A stretch of DNA of 64,000 nucleotides from positions 1-64,000 of the IMG/VR virus record IMGVR_UViG_3300030330_004772; one strand, given 5' to 3'. This stretch comes from a virus (lineage: Duplodnaviria > Caudoviricetes). The notes under the pieces were generated by a model. That model was not told where the DNA came from and searched no databases. It worked only from the letters and a program-made list of their open reading frames with translations. Position 1 is the first letter of the stretch, and every line of letters begins with the position of its first letter. Shown here one piece after another: positions 17,013-26,769 of this stretch. Both the position numbers and the translations under genes were made by a program.

Positions 17013-17016
17013 AAAT

Positions 17017-17256
17017 ATGTTAAACACTGCACCAAAATTTAAAAAAATAGTTTTACTAATAAAAAGTAAAATACCATCTAGTGATATTTCCTCTAATATT
17101 AGAGTTACACACGAAGATTGTGCTATGGTAATAACTGGAGATTATGTTATTATAACGGAAGATTTTCAAGGGAATAATATAGACGATGAACATTCAGTAG
17201 TGGGAAAAATTTATGAATTAAAAGAAATAGATAGTTATAAATTATATAAAAATTAA
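17017..17256 (+). CDS. Hypothetical protein
   Basis: 79-aa ORF, first gene of a small early operon. Confidence 0.7.
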   Translation: MLNTAPKFKKIVLLIKSKIPSSDISSNIRVTHEDCAMVITGDYVIITEDFQGNNIDDEHSVVGKIYELKEIDSYKLYKN

Positions 17257-17259
17257 AAT

Positions 17260-17553
17260 ATGTTATTAAATAAACACATCGATAAAGAATCAATAGAAAA
17301 TTTATACGAATCTAGTAATATACTAGCATCTCGTTATAATACAATAAGTCAAAAGTTGGCGATTATATTTAAAGGTGGTAGACAATATCTTTATCATGAC
17401 GTAAAAAGAACAGATTATAATGAGTTTGAGTCTGCAAACAGTCAAGGTAAAATATTAAATAGTAAAATTAAAAACTATAAGACAGAAAAGATTGAAGGTA
17501 TTGTAGATACTACACCAATATTAGAACAGATAGAAAACCTTAAAAACCAATGA
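17260..17553 (+). CDS. KTSC-domain protein
   Basis: SSNI...YN...KLAIIFKGGRQYLYHDV...Y..F..A.SQGK..N..IK. Confidence 0.8.
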   Translation: MLLNKHIDKESIENLYESSNILASRYNTISQKLAIIFKGGRQYLYHDVKRTDYNEFESANSQGKILNSKIKNYKTEKIEGIVDTTPILEQIENLKNQ

Positions 17554-17720
17554 TAGTCGCAGAAGAACAAAAAATTCTAGGTGAATTATATAATTTAGAA
17601 GAATCATTAAGTGATATTTTAATTAAACACGAAATGTACGAAGAAATTAGAAAACTTCATTTAATAATAGAAAAATTAGAATATAGAATTATTAATAAGG
17701 TAGGCACTCTTGGTATTTAG
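17550..17720 (+). CDS. 56-aa protein with UVR-like helix
   Basis: Read manually; ATGA overlap with the KTSC stop; LIKHEMYEEIRKLHLII segment. Confidence 0.55.
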   Translation: MIVAEEQKILGELYNLEESLSDILIKHEMYEEIRKLHLIIEKLEYRIINKVGTLGI

Positions 17721-17762
17721 AATTTATATAAAATACAAGTATTTATATAAAAAAAGATACCA

Positions 17763-18554
17763 ATGAAAATAAATAATTTAGAAGAACAAGAAGTTAATGA
17801 TATTATTGAAAAGGAAAACATTGATTTATCCTCTTTCAGAATCAAAGAAACATTAAACCCAAAAATATTCGATAGAGAACAACAAATGTATAAAGAAATA
17901 AGAAAGAGACTGTTAATGATTGCAGATGACTTTTTTGAAACTTTGGATATTGGTTATGTAGAAATAAGTGATATAATTTTAACTGGTAGTTTAGCGAACT
18001 TTAATTGGTCTCGTTTTTCTGACGTAGATTTACATATACTTTTAGATTTTGGTGACGTAGATGAAAACGAAGAATTAGTTCGTTCATATTTTAACTCAAA
18101 GAAAAATTTATGGAATGAAAAACATAATATCACAGTAAAAGGATATGATGTAGAATTATATGTACAAGATCAAGATGAACCACATGTCGCTAGTGGAGTA
18201 TATTCAGTATTATGGGACAAATGGAATGTAAAACCTGAAAGAGAAAATTTCCAAATAGATAATAAGAAAGTAAAAGAAAAAGCTAACAGTTTAATTGATA
18301 CAATAAAACATTTTTTTGAACTTTATAAAGGCGGTGACTATGATAAATTAATTAGATCAATAAAAACCCTTAAAGAAAAAATTAAAAAAATGAGACAAAC
18401 GGGATTAGATAGAGAAGGAGAATACTCTTACGAAAATATTACATTTAAGGTATTAAGAAGAATGGAATTTTTAGATAAGTTAAGTGAGTTAGAAACTTTG
18501 GCATATGATAAATCATTAACATTGGATGAATCAATACAATTTATAAGAAACTAA
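17763..18554 (+). CDS. Pol-beta-superfamily nucleotidyltransferase
   Basis: ILTGSLANFNWSRFSDVDLHI (GS-x10-DxD) and downstream VELYVQD; GTATTTAT variant motif upstream. Confidence 0.8.
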   Translation: MKINNLEEQEVNDIIEKENIDLSSFRIKETLNPKIFDREQQMYKEIRKRLLMIADDFFETLDIGYVEISDIILTGSLANFNWSRFSDVDLHILLDFGDVDENEELVRSYFNSKKNLWNEKHNITVKGYDVELYVQDQDEPHVASGVYSVLWDKWNVKPERENFQIDNKKVKEKANSLIDTIKHFFELYKGGDYDKLIRSIKTLKEKIKKMRQTGLDREGEYSYENITFKVLRRMEFLDKLSELETLAYDKSLTLDESIQFIRN

Positions 18555-18615
18555 ATATATACTATTTCGAGTTTTTTTATTGAATTTGTAATATTTATTA
18601 AATAAAAACATAATT

Positions 18616-18909
18616 ATGGGAACATATTTAACAGGTGAGATATCAGTGATACATAATGCAACTACTGCAGACTTTGATAATTTTGTATATAGTGCAATCT
18701 ATTTTAATGGTACTGGTCCATTTGAAATAAATGGAAACGCAGGGATAACAGGAGTAGTTGGTGAAACTTTAGAAGTTATAGTAAATGGTGATACTACTAC
18801 ATTATCAGGTAACAATTTTCTTCTATTAGGAAATCCAATTGCACCACAAACAAAAGTAGGTATAGGGGAATATGTGAATATTAAAAACGGTAATCCAATA
18901 CAAAGCTAA
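18616..18909 (+). CDS. Small late hypothetical protein (beta-rich, possibly structural)
   Basis: 97 aa, G/N/T/V-rich; ATATTTAT at 18591. Confidence 0.65.
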   Translation: MGTYLTGEISVIHNATTADFDNFVYSAIYFNGTGPFEINGNAGITGVVGETLEVIVNGDTTTLSGNNFLLLGNPIAPQTKVGIGEYVNIKNGNPIQS

Positions 18910-18933
18910 AAAAAAATTAAAAAAAAAAATAAA

Positions 18934-20637
18934 ATGAAAAATTTTGTAAATCCAAAAAAAATAAAAGGTCAAGACAAATTAGATAGAATTAAAGATCTAA
19001 TGGGTAAAATGAGTACCCTAAATGAGAGCACTTCACTTTCAGAAATAGAAAATGTGAAAAAAGGTGCGAATGGAGTAATCTATGGGATAATAAGAGAAAA
19101 TCATAGTTATTTTATTAAAACTACTGAAAAAACTTCTGGTACATTAGTTGCAGAAGATTTTAATTATATCGGTGGTTTACAAAACAAAAATATTGAGAAA
19201 TATGGTTCTTATGCTGAAGCATTAAAACAATTGAATTTAAAATTTGATATGCTGAATGAATCTTTTGGTATTAAATCTAATACTAATTTGTTTGAGTCTG
19301 ATGCGGTAGAAGTAAAAGAAGCAAATGCTAGTGGAGTTGTAGTTAAAGAAGAACCTGAAGTTATTGAAGATCAAAAAACGGTAATTAAAGTAGATGCCCC
19401 CAAGTCAGAGCCGGCACCAGTAGAAGATGAAGTAGGTGGTGAAGATCCATTTGCTGACGAAGAAGGTGGTGAAGATCCATTTGCTGATGAAGAAGGTGGA
19501 GAGGAAGAAATATCGATGGATGTAGAAGAAGAAGGTGAAGAAGATGGAGACGGATATACTAAAAAAATTCAAAAACTAACTGGTAAAATCGGTCAGATGT
19601 TAAGAGATAAAGATGAACCAGATGCGGAATTAGATAAATACGTTATTAATTCTATAGTATCTGCAATTGATTGGGAGGAAATTCCTGATGAAGATGTTGA
19701 AGACATTATTGCTAAAATTGAGGGTGAAGATGAAGAAGATGGTGAATTAGAAGGTGGTGATGAAGTAGGTGGTGAAGATCCATTTGCTGACGAAGAAGGT
19801 GGTGAAGATCCATTTGCTGACGAAGAAGGTGGTGAAGAAGAATTAGCAGAATCTGAAGAAATTAAAGAAGAAAAAGAGACAATTAATATTTCTAAAAAAC
19901 AAATGGAAATGTTAAAAAAAGATGGTAAGTGTGATTGTGGTGATGTAACTCTTAAATTAGATGAATCTGATGATGAACTAGAAGAAGGAAATAAATTTAG
20001 TGGTGAATTAGCTAAAGCTAAAAAAGAAGGTAAAGATGAATTCGAAGTAGATGGTAAAACATATAAAGTAAAAGAATCTAGAAAATTTTCTAAAAAACAA
20101 TTAATGGAAAATTTTTTAAAAAAAAACATTAATGAGTCTTTAAACAAAATTCTTAAAGAGAATGAATTAGTTTGTGAAGTATGTGGTGAAATGCATGAAG
20201 GTGATTGTCATGTCGATGAAGATCTAGATATTACAAATCAAACTTCAGAATTAGCGGGTGACGATGTAGGTGTAGTACACGAAGAAAATATGTCTGTAGT
20301 AGATGCAATTGCTACAGGACAAAATTACTTACAAGCGTCTGGAGATTTAGATAGAGATGGTGATCAAATACCAAATAGATTAGATATGGATAGTAATATG
20401 GATGGTGACTTAGATCACCCAACTTTTGATGATGAGGAATTTATAGAAATAGATTTTGATTCATTAATGGGTAATTCACCAGCACCAACTAAAGAACCAG
20501 GAATTGCGCCACCATCAACTAGACCGGGTAAAAAGAAACCAAGATGGAAAAAAATACCTAGACCAGAAGTTAACCCAAAACCAAAGGCAACAGATAGAAG
20601 AAAATTTCATTTAGGTAGAAAAGGTATGTATAGATAA
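18934..20637 (+). CDS. Acidic, repeat-rich putative prohead core/internal protein
   Basis: Many (I/L)xE sites; GGEDPFADEE repeats; DLDRDGDQIPNRLDMD Ca-binding-like motif; Pro/Lys-rich C-terminus. Confidence 0.6.
   Translation: MKNFVNPKKIKGQDKLDRIKDLMGKMSTLNESTSLSEIENVKKGANGVIYGIIRENHSYFIKTTEKTSGTLVAEDFNYIGGLQNKNIEKYGSYAEALKQLNLKFDMLNESFGIKSNTNLFESDAVEVKEANASGVVVKEEPEVIEDQKTVIKVDAPKSEPAPVEDEVGGEDPFADEEGGEDPFADEEGGEEEISMDVEEEGEEDGDGYTKKIQKLTGKIGQMLRDKDEPDAELDKYVINSIVSAIDWEEIPDEDVEDIIAKIEGEDEEDGELEGGDEVGGEDPFADEEGGEDPFADEEGGEEELAESEEIKEEKETINISKKQMEMLKKDGKCDCGDVTLKLDESDDELEEGNKFSGELAKAKKEGKDEFEVDGKTYKVKESRKFSKKQLMENFLKKNINESLNKILKENELVCEVCGEMHEGDCHVDEDLDITNQTSELAGDDVGVVHEENMSVVDAIATGQNYLQASGDLDRDGDQIPNRLDMDSNMDGDLDHPTFDDEEFIEIDFDSLMGNSPAPTKEPGIAPPSTRPGKKKPRWKKIPRPEVNPKPKATDRRKFHLGRKGMYR
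19426..19842 (+). repeat. Duplicated coding block (19426-19509 and 19759-19842), each with two 30-bp GGEDPFADEE units
   Basis: gaagatccatttgctga(c/t)gaagaaggtgg(t/a) at 19441, 19471, 19774 and 19804. Confidence 0.85.
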
Positions 20638-20638
20638 A

Positions 20639-21037
20639 ATGAACTTAGTTTATATAAATAAGGTTGGACAAAATTGGAAAGGGAACTTCATATATGAATT
20701 TCTCTTTTCTGATATTATAACCGATATAGACGGTGAGGGATGGGATGCGTATCCCGCATCGGGAAATCCTGAATCACCAGAAGAAAAATTTATAAAAAAA
20801 ACAGGTTCATTAACGAGTGAATTAAAATTAGATGTTATACAAGAATCTGATTCATTTGCTATGTGGGATGCCGTAGATGGTATTATAGCAATGGCTTGGG
20901 AAAACTTAGAGGGATATGATGAATATCCTGAAAAAAGATTATTCTTTGAGTTTGGTGAAGAAATAGACTCAGTAGAATCTAAATTATATGAAAAAGATAT
21001 GGTACTATCTTATAACAATGAATTAATAAATGGATAA
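20639..21037 (+). CDS. Hypothetical protein
   Basis: 132-aa ORF in a late operon. Confidence 0.75.
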   Translation: MNLVYINKVGQNWKGNFIYEFLFSDIITDIDGEGWDAYPASGNPESPEEKFIKKTGSLTSELKLDVIQESDSFAMWDAVDGIIAMAWENLEGYDEYPEKRLFFEFGEEIDSVESKLYEKDMVLSYNNELING

Positions 21038-21521
21038 AATGAAAAAAGTAAGAATTTACGAATCAGAAATTAAAAGGGCAGTTAGAAGAAAATTGATGGA
21101 AAATATTTTAGATGAAGAAGAACAAATGACTGTATATGAAAAAGGTTCTAATCCTGATCTAGAACAAATGGAAAAAGGGGAACAGTTTGGTGTTAAAGAT
21201 AACGAAGGTACTATACGTACTTTTACTGCAAATGAATCTGAAGAGATGACTGAAGAGTTTGAAATGAAAGATACATATAGTAGAAAAAATTATAGACAAT
21301 CTCCTAGAGAAAGAGATATTGAGGGGGTATTCGGACAATATGGTGAAGAAATCCCACCATCAGTATTAAGATATATGAGAAAAAATCCAGAGAAGATAGT
21401 TAAAAGATTATATGATATATATGGACAACAAATGTTTGATTATATATCACCTAACTTACCTGATAACCCACAATACGAAGTTAGTATTGAGGATATCGTT
21501 AGAGAGAACCTAAGAAAATAA
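21030..21521 (+). CDS. Hypothetical protein with VRIYESEIKRAVRRKLME leader
   Basis: 163-aa ORF overlapping the previous stop. Confidence 0.75.
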   Translation: MDKMKKVRIYESEIKRAVRRKLMENILDEEEQMTVYEKGSNPDLEQMEKGEQFGVKDNEGTIRTFTANESEEMTEEFEMKDTYSRKNYRQSPRERDIEGVFGQYGEEIPPSVLRYMRKNPEKIVKRLYDIYGQQMFDYISPNLPDNPQYEVSIEDIVRENLRK

Positions 21522-21539
21522 TTTTTATACTTTATTCAG

Positions 21540-22133
21540 ATGAAAACAGTAGATAAATATACCAAACCAAAAATGAAGAAAAAGGATTTAATAGAATACA
21601 TTAAATTCAAAAAAGATGGTGGGTATAAAAAATACAAAAAATCTGATTTACTAGGTGAAGCACGAAGAGATCAATATGATTTTCCTAGATTTACCAATGA
21701 ATTAAGTGGTCCAGAAGTTAAAATGTTAATTAAGTATTTAGAGAAAATTAAAGATAGTGGATTAACTAATATGTTTGGTGCACATCCTATCTTAAATTGG
21801 GCTAAAGATGATTTACATAGATGGTTATATGGTATGAGAAAAGATTTAGATTCTTTAGAACAACAAAAAGAAGATTTAGAGTACGATATAGAAAATGAAG
21901 GTGAAGATAGGGGTATATATGAATCAGAATTAGATTCATTAGAAGAACAAATAGAGATTATAAAATATTTATTAGATAATAAAAGAGAAGTAAGAGACAT
22001 ATTAATAAGGGGAGCATTAAAAAGGATTGATAATACTGATGGAAATCATGAAACTAGAAATGTACAAAAAGTGTTTGAGAGAATGGCGAAAGATGCTTGG
22101 GTTATGTGGACTTCATTATATAGTATAGGTTAA
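21540..22133 (+). CDS. Hypothetical protein
   Basis: 197-aa ORF with a central acidic coiled coil. Confidence 0.75.
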   Translation: MKTVDKYTKPKMKKKDLIEYIKFKKDGGYKKYKKSDLLGEARRDQYDFPRFTNELSGPEVKMLIKYLEKIKDSGLTNMFGAHPILNWAKDDLHRWLYGMRKDLDSLEQQKEDLEYDIENEGEDRGIYESELDSLEEQIEIIKYLLDNKREVRDILIRGALKRIDNTDGNHETRNVQKVFERMAKDAWVMWTSLYSIG

Positions 22134-22143
22134 AACAAAATAA

Positions 22144-23571
22144 ATGAAAAAGGTAAAAATTAAAATAGACTTAGATAAAATTACTAAAAAAGTAATTAAA
22201 GAACACCAAATGTTAAAAGGTGAGTTAAAAAGAATTGAAAAACTTAATGAAGGTATAGAATATGACCCTAATCACCCAGAAAGAATGAATCCTAATTTAG
22301 AAGATAAATTAAGAAGTGGTGAACATACCTTTGGTAGAAATAAGGGTTTACCTGCGACAGGTACTAATCAAAACTTTTCAGAAAAATTAGCAAGTTCTCG
22401 TTTTAAAGATATTATTAATAAAGTCAAAAGGTATCACGGTATTCAACAAATCGATCCTCAAATGATGATGCAGATGATGATGATTATGCAACAAGTTGCA
22501 CAAATAGAGTCACAACACAAAGATGCATTAGAAAGATTAGCAGTAGAAATTGTAAGTGAGGAATTTGATATTCCAGATGATATGTTAGATGCGGAATTAT
22601 TACCTCCGGGTTCACCATTAGATTTAGATCAAGATGAAGGTGGGGAAGAAGAAGAACAGGAAGAGTTTCAGTCTAAGAGTGCTGAACGAATGGAGGAATT
22701 AGAAATTGAGGTAGATAAAAGAAATGTAATTAATGCATTAATGCAGGGAGCAGCCAAAAAAGGACACTATATCTTCCATATGGTTGCAGATGAGTTAGAC
22801 AGTATTGATCCTAGATTAATGAGTTTATATGGTAAACTAATGTCTTTAGCTGATTTCCAATATTGGGTAATACCTGATCAAGCAATGGGTGGACAAATAG
22901 GTGGAACAGAAAAAATTAAATGGGAAAAACCTAAAGATGAAGAAGGTAATGAACAAGAGGATGAAGAAGAAGAACCAGTGGTAGAAGCTAAAGCTTGGAT
23001 ATTCCCATTATTAGTACATGAACTTATTAAAGGTGCTATGGAATTAGCCGCATCCAATTGGGGGGAAGGTCATTTAGATTTTGAAGAACAGAAACATGTT
23101 ATTGATAGAGCGGACACAATAGAGAATGAAATATGGGGAATGAGATTAGGTCCAGGTATGTGGGAAAAATTTGTAGCTTGTATAGATGATGATGATTACA
23201 AATTAAAACAATGGTTCTTTCATGAACTTACTAAGTTACCGGCACAACAATTTCATACCTTTATGAAAGAGATATTGTCTAATAGTGCAAAATGTAAAGA
23301 AGTGATTGCACACTTAAAAGAACTACACTTAGCAGACGAAGATGAAGAATTAGATGATTTAATTATTGGTGATGAAGGTAACTTTGAGGATGGTTTAGAT
23401 GACTTAATGGTTGACGCAGGTGTTGCACCACCACAAGATGAACCAAGTGAAGAAGTAGATGTAGAAGTTGATTATAGTGAAATGTCACCTAGAGAAATAC
23501 AAGATCTTATAGATGATGCATTAGATGCGGGTGATTTTGATACCGTAGGTATGTTATCTAAGTATTTATAA
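22144..23571 (+). CDS. Acidic hypothetical protein (putative internal head protein)
   Basis: 475 aa; N-terminal KKVIKE...KLNE; followed by a terminator. Confidence 0.75.
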   Translation: MKKVKIKIDLDKITKKVIKEHQMLKGELKRIEKLNEGIEYDPNHPERMNPNLEDKLRSGEHTFGRNKGLPATGTNQNFSEKLASSRFKDIINKVKRYHGIQQIDPQMMMQMMMIMQQVAQIESQHKDALERLAVEIVSEEFDIPDDMLDAELLPPGSPLDLDQDEGGEEEEQEEFQSKSAERMEELEIEVDKRNVINALMQGAAKKGHYIFHMVADELDSIDPRLMSLYGKLMSLADFQYWVIPDQAMGGQIGGTEKIKWEKPKDEEGNEQEDEEEEPVVEAKAWIFPLLVHELIKGAMELAASNWGEGHLDFEEQKHVIDRADTIENEIWGMRLGPGMWEKFVACIDDDDYKLKQWFFHELTKLPAQQFHTFMKEILSNSAKCKEVIAHLKELHLADEDEELDDLIIGDEGNFEDGLDDLMVDAGVAPPQDEPSEEVDVEVDYSEMSPREIQDLIDDALDAGDFDTVGMLSKYL

Positions 23572-23590
23572 AATTATAAAAAAATAATAT

Positions 23591-23615
23591 ATCCCACTTA
23601 GGTGGGATTTTTTTT
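23591..23615 (+). terminator. Intrinsic terminator
   Basis: ATCCCAC-TTAG-GTGGGAT plus T-run. Confidence 0.8.
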
Positions 23616-23649
23616 GCTCTTTCGTAATATTTATTAATAAAACATTGCG

Positions 23650-24978
23650 ATGAAAATTAAATTAACAGAATCACAACTGAAAAGAGTTTTAAATGAAATG
23701 CGTTTTGATGGTAAATCTACCGGTTTATTTTCAGAAGAAGAACATATAGACGAAGGTAGAAAGAAAAGAAGAAAAAAACGTAAATCAAGAAAACGTAAAT
23801 CTACAAGAAGTAAATCTAAGAAAAAGAAAAATACATTATGCGCTAGAGGTAAGAGTGCTGCTAAGGCTAAGTTTGATGTTTACCCATCTGCTTATGCTAA
23901 CGGGTATGCAGTTCAAGTGTGTAAAGGTAAAATAAAAGGTTTAGATGGTACTAAAAAATGTAGTGGAAGTTACTGTAGAGGAAAAAAAAATGAATCTTAC
24001 GAAATAGGTGAGGTAGAAGTTGTAGAAAGGTTAGACGAAGATTTAGCCGTATGGTTCGGTACAAAAAAAAAGAAAAAAGGGGGTAAACAACCACAAGGAC
24101 CATGGGTAAACATATGTAGAAAAAAGAAAGGTGGTGGACACCCTACATGTGGGAGAAGTGATTCAGATAAAGGAGGTTATCCCGTATGTAGAGCAAAAAG
24201 TGTTGCGGCTAATATGTCACAATCTGCAAAAGATTCAGCATGTAGACGTAAAAGAGAAAAAGAAAAGAATGATGGTAAATCGGGTAAAGGACAATCCCCT
24301 AGCCCAATTAAAGTAAAAAATTACAAACCAAGAAAAAGAAAAACTTCTAAGAGAAAATCTAAAAAGAATGAATCAGTAAACATCAACAGAATGATGATTA
24401 CTGAAAACAGAACAATTGTTAGTGAAGGATTAAGATATCATTTAGATAATCAAATACCTTTATCAGAAAACATTTATAGATACGGTAGTGAATCTTTTTT
24501 TAATTTAATTAATGAAGTAAGAAAATTACATAGTAGTAATAAAGTTAATTTATCTTATTTAGATGAAGAATTACTTAAAACAGATATTGGTAGGAAAGCA
24601 GTATTTGAGGGTAAAGAAGTTTGGTTAGATATCCCAATGGAAGACAATGAAATTTTAACTGAAGCAAAATTTAGAGGTAAGACAGTAAAGACTAATTCTC
24701 CACAAAGAAGTTCTTCTGGTGGTAAAGCATATAGAGTATATGTAAGTGGATGTGTTAATAAAACCAAATCCAACCCATCTGGAGTAAAACAAATTAGATT
24801 TGGTTCTGGTGGATTAAAGGCTAAGTTAAGTAATAAAGATGCTAAGAAATCTTACAACGCTAGACACGGTTGTTCTAAAGGTAGACATAACGATAAATGT
24901 AAGGCAGGATATTGGTCTTGTAGGTTACCAAGATACGCCAAGAAATTAGGTTTATCTGGTGGTGGAACATGGTGGTAA
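23650..24978 (+). CDS. Multi-module, very basic Cys-containing protein with MKIKLTESQLKRVLNE leader
   Basis: RKKRRKKRKSRKRKS tract; modules KFDVYPSAYANGY, WVNIC...CGR...YPVCR and RFG...ARHGC...YWSC. Confidence 0.75.
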   Translation: MKIKLTESQLKRVLNEMRFDGKSTGLFSEEEHIDEGRKKRRKKRKSRKRKSTRSKSKKKKNTLCARGKSAAKAKFDVYPSAYANGYAVQVCKGKIKGLDGTKKCSGSYCRGKKNESYEIGEVEVVERLDEDLAVWFGTKKKKKGGKQPQGPWVNICRKKKGGGHPTCGRSDSDKGGYPVCRAKSVAANMSQSAKDSACRRKREKEKNDGKSGKGQSPSPIKVKNYKPRKRKTSKRKSKKNESVNINRMMITENRTIVSEGLRYHLDNQIPLSENIYRYGSESFFNLINEVRKLHSSNKVNLSYLDEELLKTDIGRKAVFEGKEVWLDIPMEDNEILTEAKFRGKTVKTNSPQRSSSGGKAYRVYVSGCVNKTKSNPSGVKQIRFGSGGLKAKLSNKDAKKSYNARHGCSKGRHNDKCKAGYWSCRLPRYAKKLGLSGGGTWW

Positions 24979-24988
24979 AAAAAAAGAT

Positions 24989-25255
24989 ATGAAAAAGATA
25001 AAATTAACAGAAAAAGATTTATTGAGGATAGTTAAGGAAACTATCAAAGAAGATAGGAAAACTGAAAATTATATGTTTTTTAGTAATCTTAAACAAATGA
25101 GAAGACAGATTGATATGATGTTGGAAAATTTAAATCCTCATTGGGTAGATTCAACATTGGCAGATGGGCACGACTGGGCAGATGATAAGATAAGTGAATC
25201 TAAAACAAATATTGATAGTGTATTCGATTTCTTCATGAATAAAAAAGAAGAGTAA
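24989..25255 (+). CDS. Small protein with MKKIKLTEKDLLRIVKETIKE leader
   Basis: Start moved to ATG 24989. Confidence 0.75.
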   Translation: MKKIKLTEKDLLRIVKETIKEDRKTENYMFFSNLKQMRRQIDMMLENLNPHWVDSTLADGHDWADDKISESKTNIDSVFDFFMNKKEE

Positions 25256-25515
25256 TGAGTTTACCATTTAAAGAAAAGTTAGAAAATGGATATCACATTA
25301 GAACATTCTCTAATGAAACTGATAGTGGTGAATTAGTGTGGCATAGAGACAAAGAAGATAGAATTGTAGAATCTATAGGTGACACTAACTGGATGATTCA
25401 ATTAGACAACGAAATACCTAAACCTTTAACTGAAAGAACATTTATACCTAAAGAGGTATATCATAGAGTAATAAAAGGGGATGGAGATTTAAAAGTAAGA
25501 ATTAAAAAACTATGA
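25255..25515 (+). CDS. Small cupin-like beta protein
   Basis: ELVWHRDKEDR...W.IQLDNE.P...FIPKEVYHRVIKG resembles cupin motifs; TAATG overlap. Confidence 0.6.
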   Translation: MSLPFKEKLENGYHIRTFSNETDSGELVWHRDKEDRIVESIGDTNWMIQLDNEIPKPLTERTFIPKEVYHRVIKGDGDLKVRIKKL

Positions 25516-26765
25516 ATTTAAACTTCCAACATATAATTAACGAAAGTACTGAGGATAATCCTAAAATAGAAAACATGATGTTTCGTCTGTTTAATAGGGA
25601 GTTTTTTCCTATGTGGAGAGATAATGATAGTAACCCACATAGAACCGGTTTTAGATATGATAATCTTGGACAGGTATTAAATGTTTTTGTAGAAATGGTG
25701 TCATTAGACTATGAAGTTATTTTATATTTTTTCATAAAATGGACATTAGACCCTAATTCTAAATGGAATGAGGAAGATGGTGGTAACTTATTTAGTGAGT
25801 TTCAGGTAGATGAGGTAAGTGGTTGGTATGGAGCAAAAAGTACAAACATATATAGTATATTAAAAAAGTTAGATTTTTTTAATAAAAGTTTTAAGACAGG
25901 AAAAACTGATGAGGATGGCAATCCAATAAAACTTAATTATTATGATACTATGTCATTTAACGACACCGAAGGATTATACCCTAATATGGTATTATCTGTT
26001 GATGGATGGGATGAGTTCGCAGAATTATTTAAGGATAGGGATTTGGCGGAAGAGGCATTTAGTGAAGATCATAGTGATTTCTTTTCTTATTACGATACCC
26101 CAATGGATGAGATAGTCTCAGATATGACAGGAAAGGCAATGGATAGTGTAATAGAATCTATACCTGCATATACAGACAAAATTATGATGGGTGGTGCAGG
26201 ATTAGAAGAGTTATATGAATTGGGTATCCCTGAAGAGGTTTTAGGTGATGATGGGGATTTCTTAGATATTAACCCAACTTTTATAAATACATTAAGAACA
26301 CAGATAAAAAATAATGAAGTAGATGGGGAAGTTGTTTTAGATTTTTTATTAGATCATAGAGAATTATATGAATTAGTGAGAGATATTAGAAGTGCATATG
26401 AAAGAACAATGAATGATGTGGTAGAATCGGATGTAAGAAATCGAGGAATAGAAGAAATTACTGAGTTATTTGGTGGTAAACCAGATTGGGTACAAAATAC
26501 TAAGAGTGAAAATACTAATAGGTATGATTTAAAAGTACCAATTCCTACTGAATTAATAGATAGGGTAATTGAACATTATATTGATGTTGAAACCGCTTTT
26601 GTTGAGGAACAAGAATCATACTTTTTAGATGCGGTTGCAAGGATGTTAGATGAGGAATATGAAAAATTATCCTTACCTAATTTAGATTACTACTATCCTG
26701 ATACTACAAAGGCGAAAGAGTGGTTTGAAGAAAGTTTATATAATTATTTAGAAATGAGTGCGTAA
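25512..26765 (+). CDS. Acidic hypothetical protein (MNLNFQHIINES leader)
   Basis: 417-aa ORF, D/E/Y-rich. Confidence 0.75.
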   Translation: MNLNFQHIINESTEDNPKIENMMFRLFNREFFPMWRDNDSNPHRTGFRYDNLGQVLNVFVEMVSLDYEVILYFFIKWTLDPNSKWNEEDGGNLFSEFQVDEVSGWYGAKSTNIYSILKKLDFFNKSFKTGKTDEDGNPIKLNYYDTMSFNDTEGLYPNMVLSVDGWDEFAELFKDRDLAEEAFSEDHSDFFSYYDTPMDEIVSDMTGKAMDSVIESIPAYTDKIMMGGAGLEELYELGIPEEVLGDDGDFLDINPTFINTLRTQIKNNEVDGEVVLDFLLDHRELYELVRDIRSAYERTMNDVVESDVRNRGIEEITELFGGKPDWVQNTKSENTNRYDLKVPIPTELIDRVIEHYIDVETAFVEEQESYFLDAVARMLDEEYEKLSLPNLDYYYPDTTKAKEWFEESLYNYLEMSA

Positions 26766-26769
26766 TACT

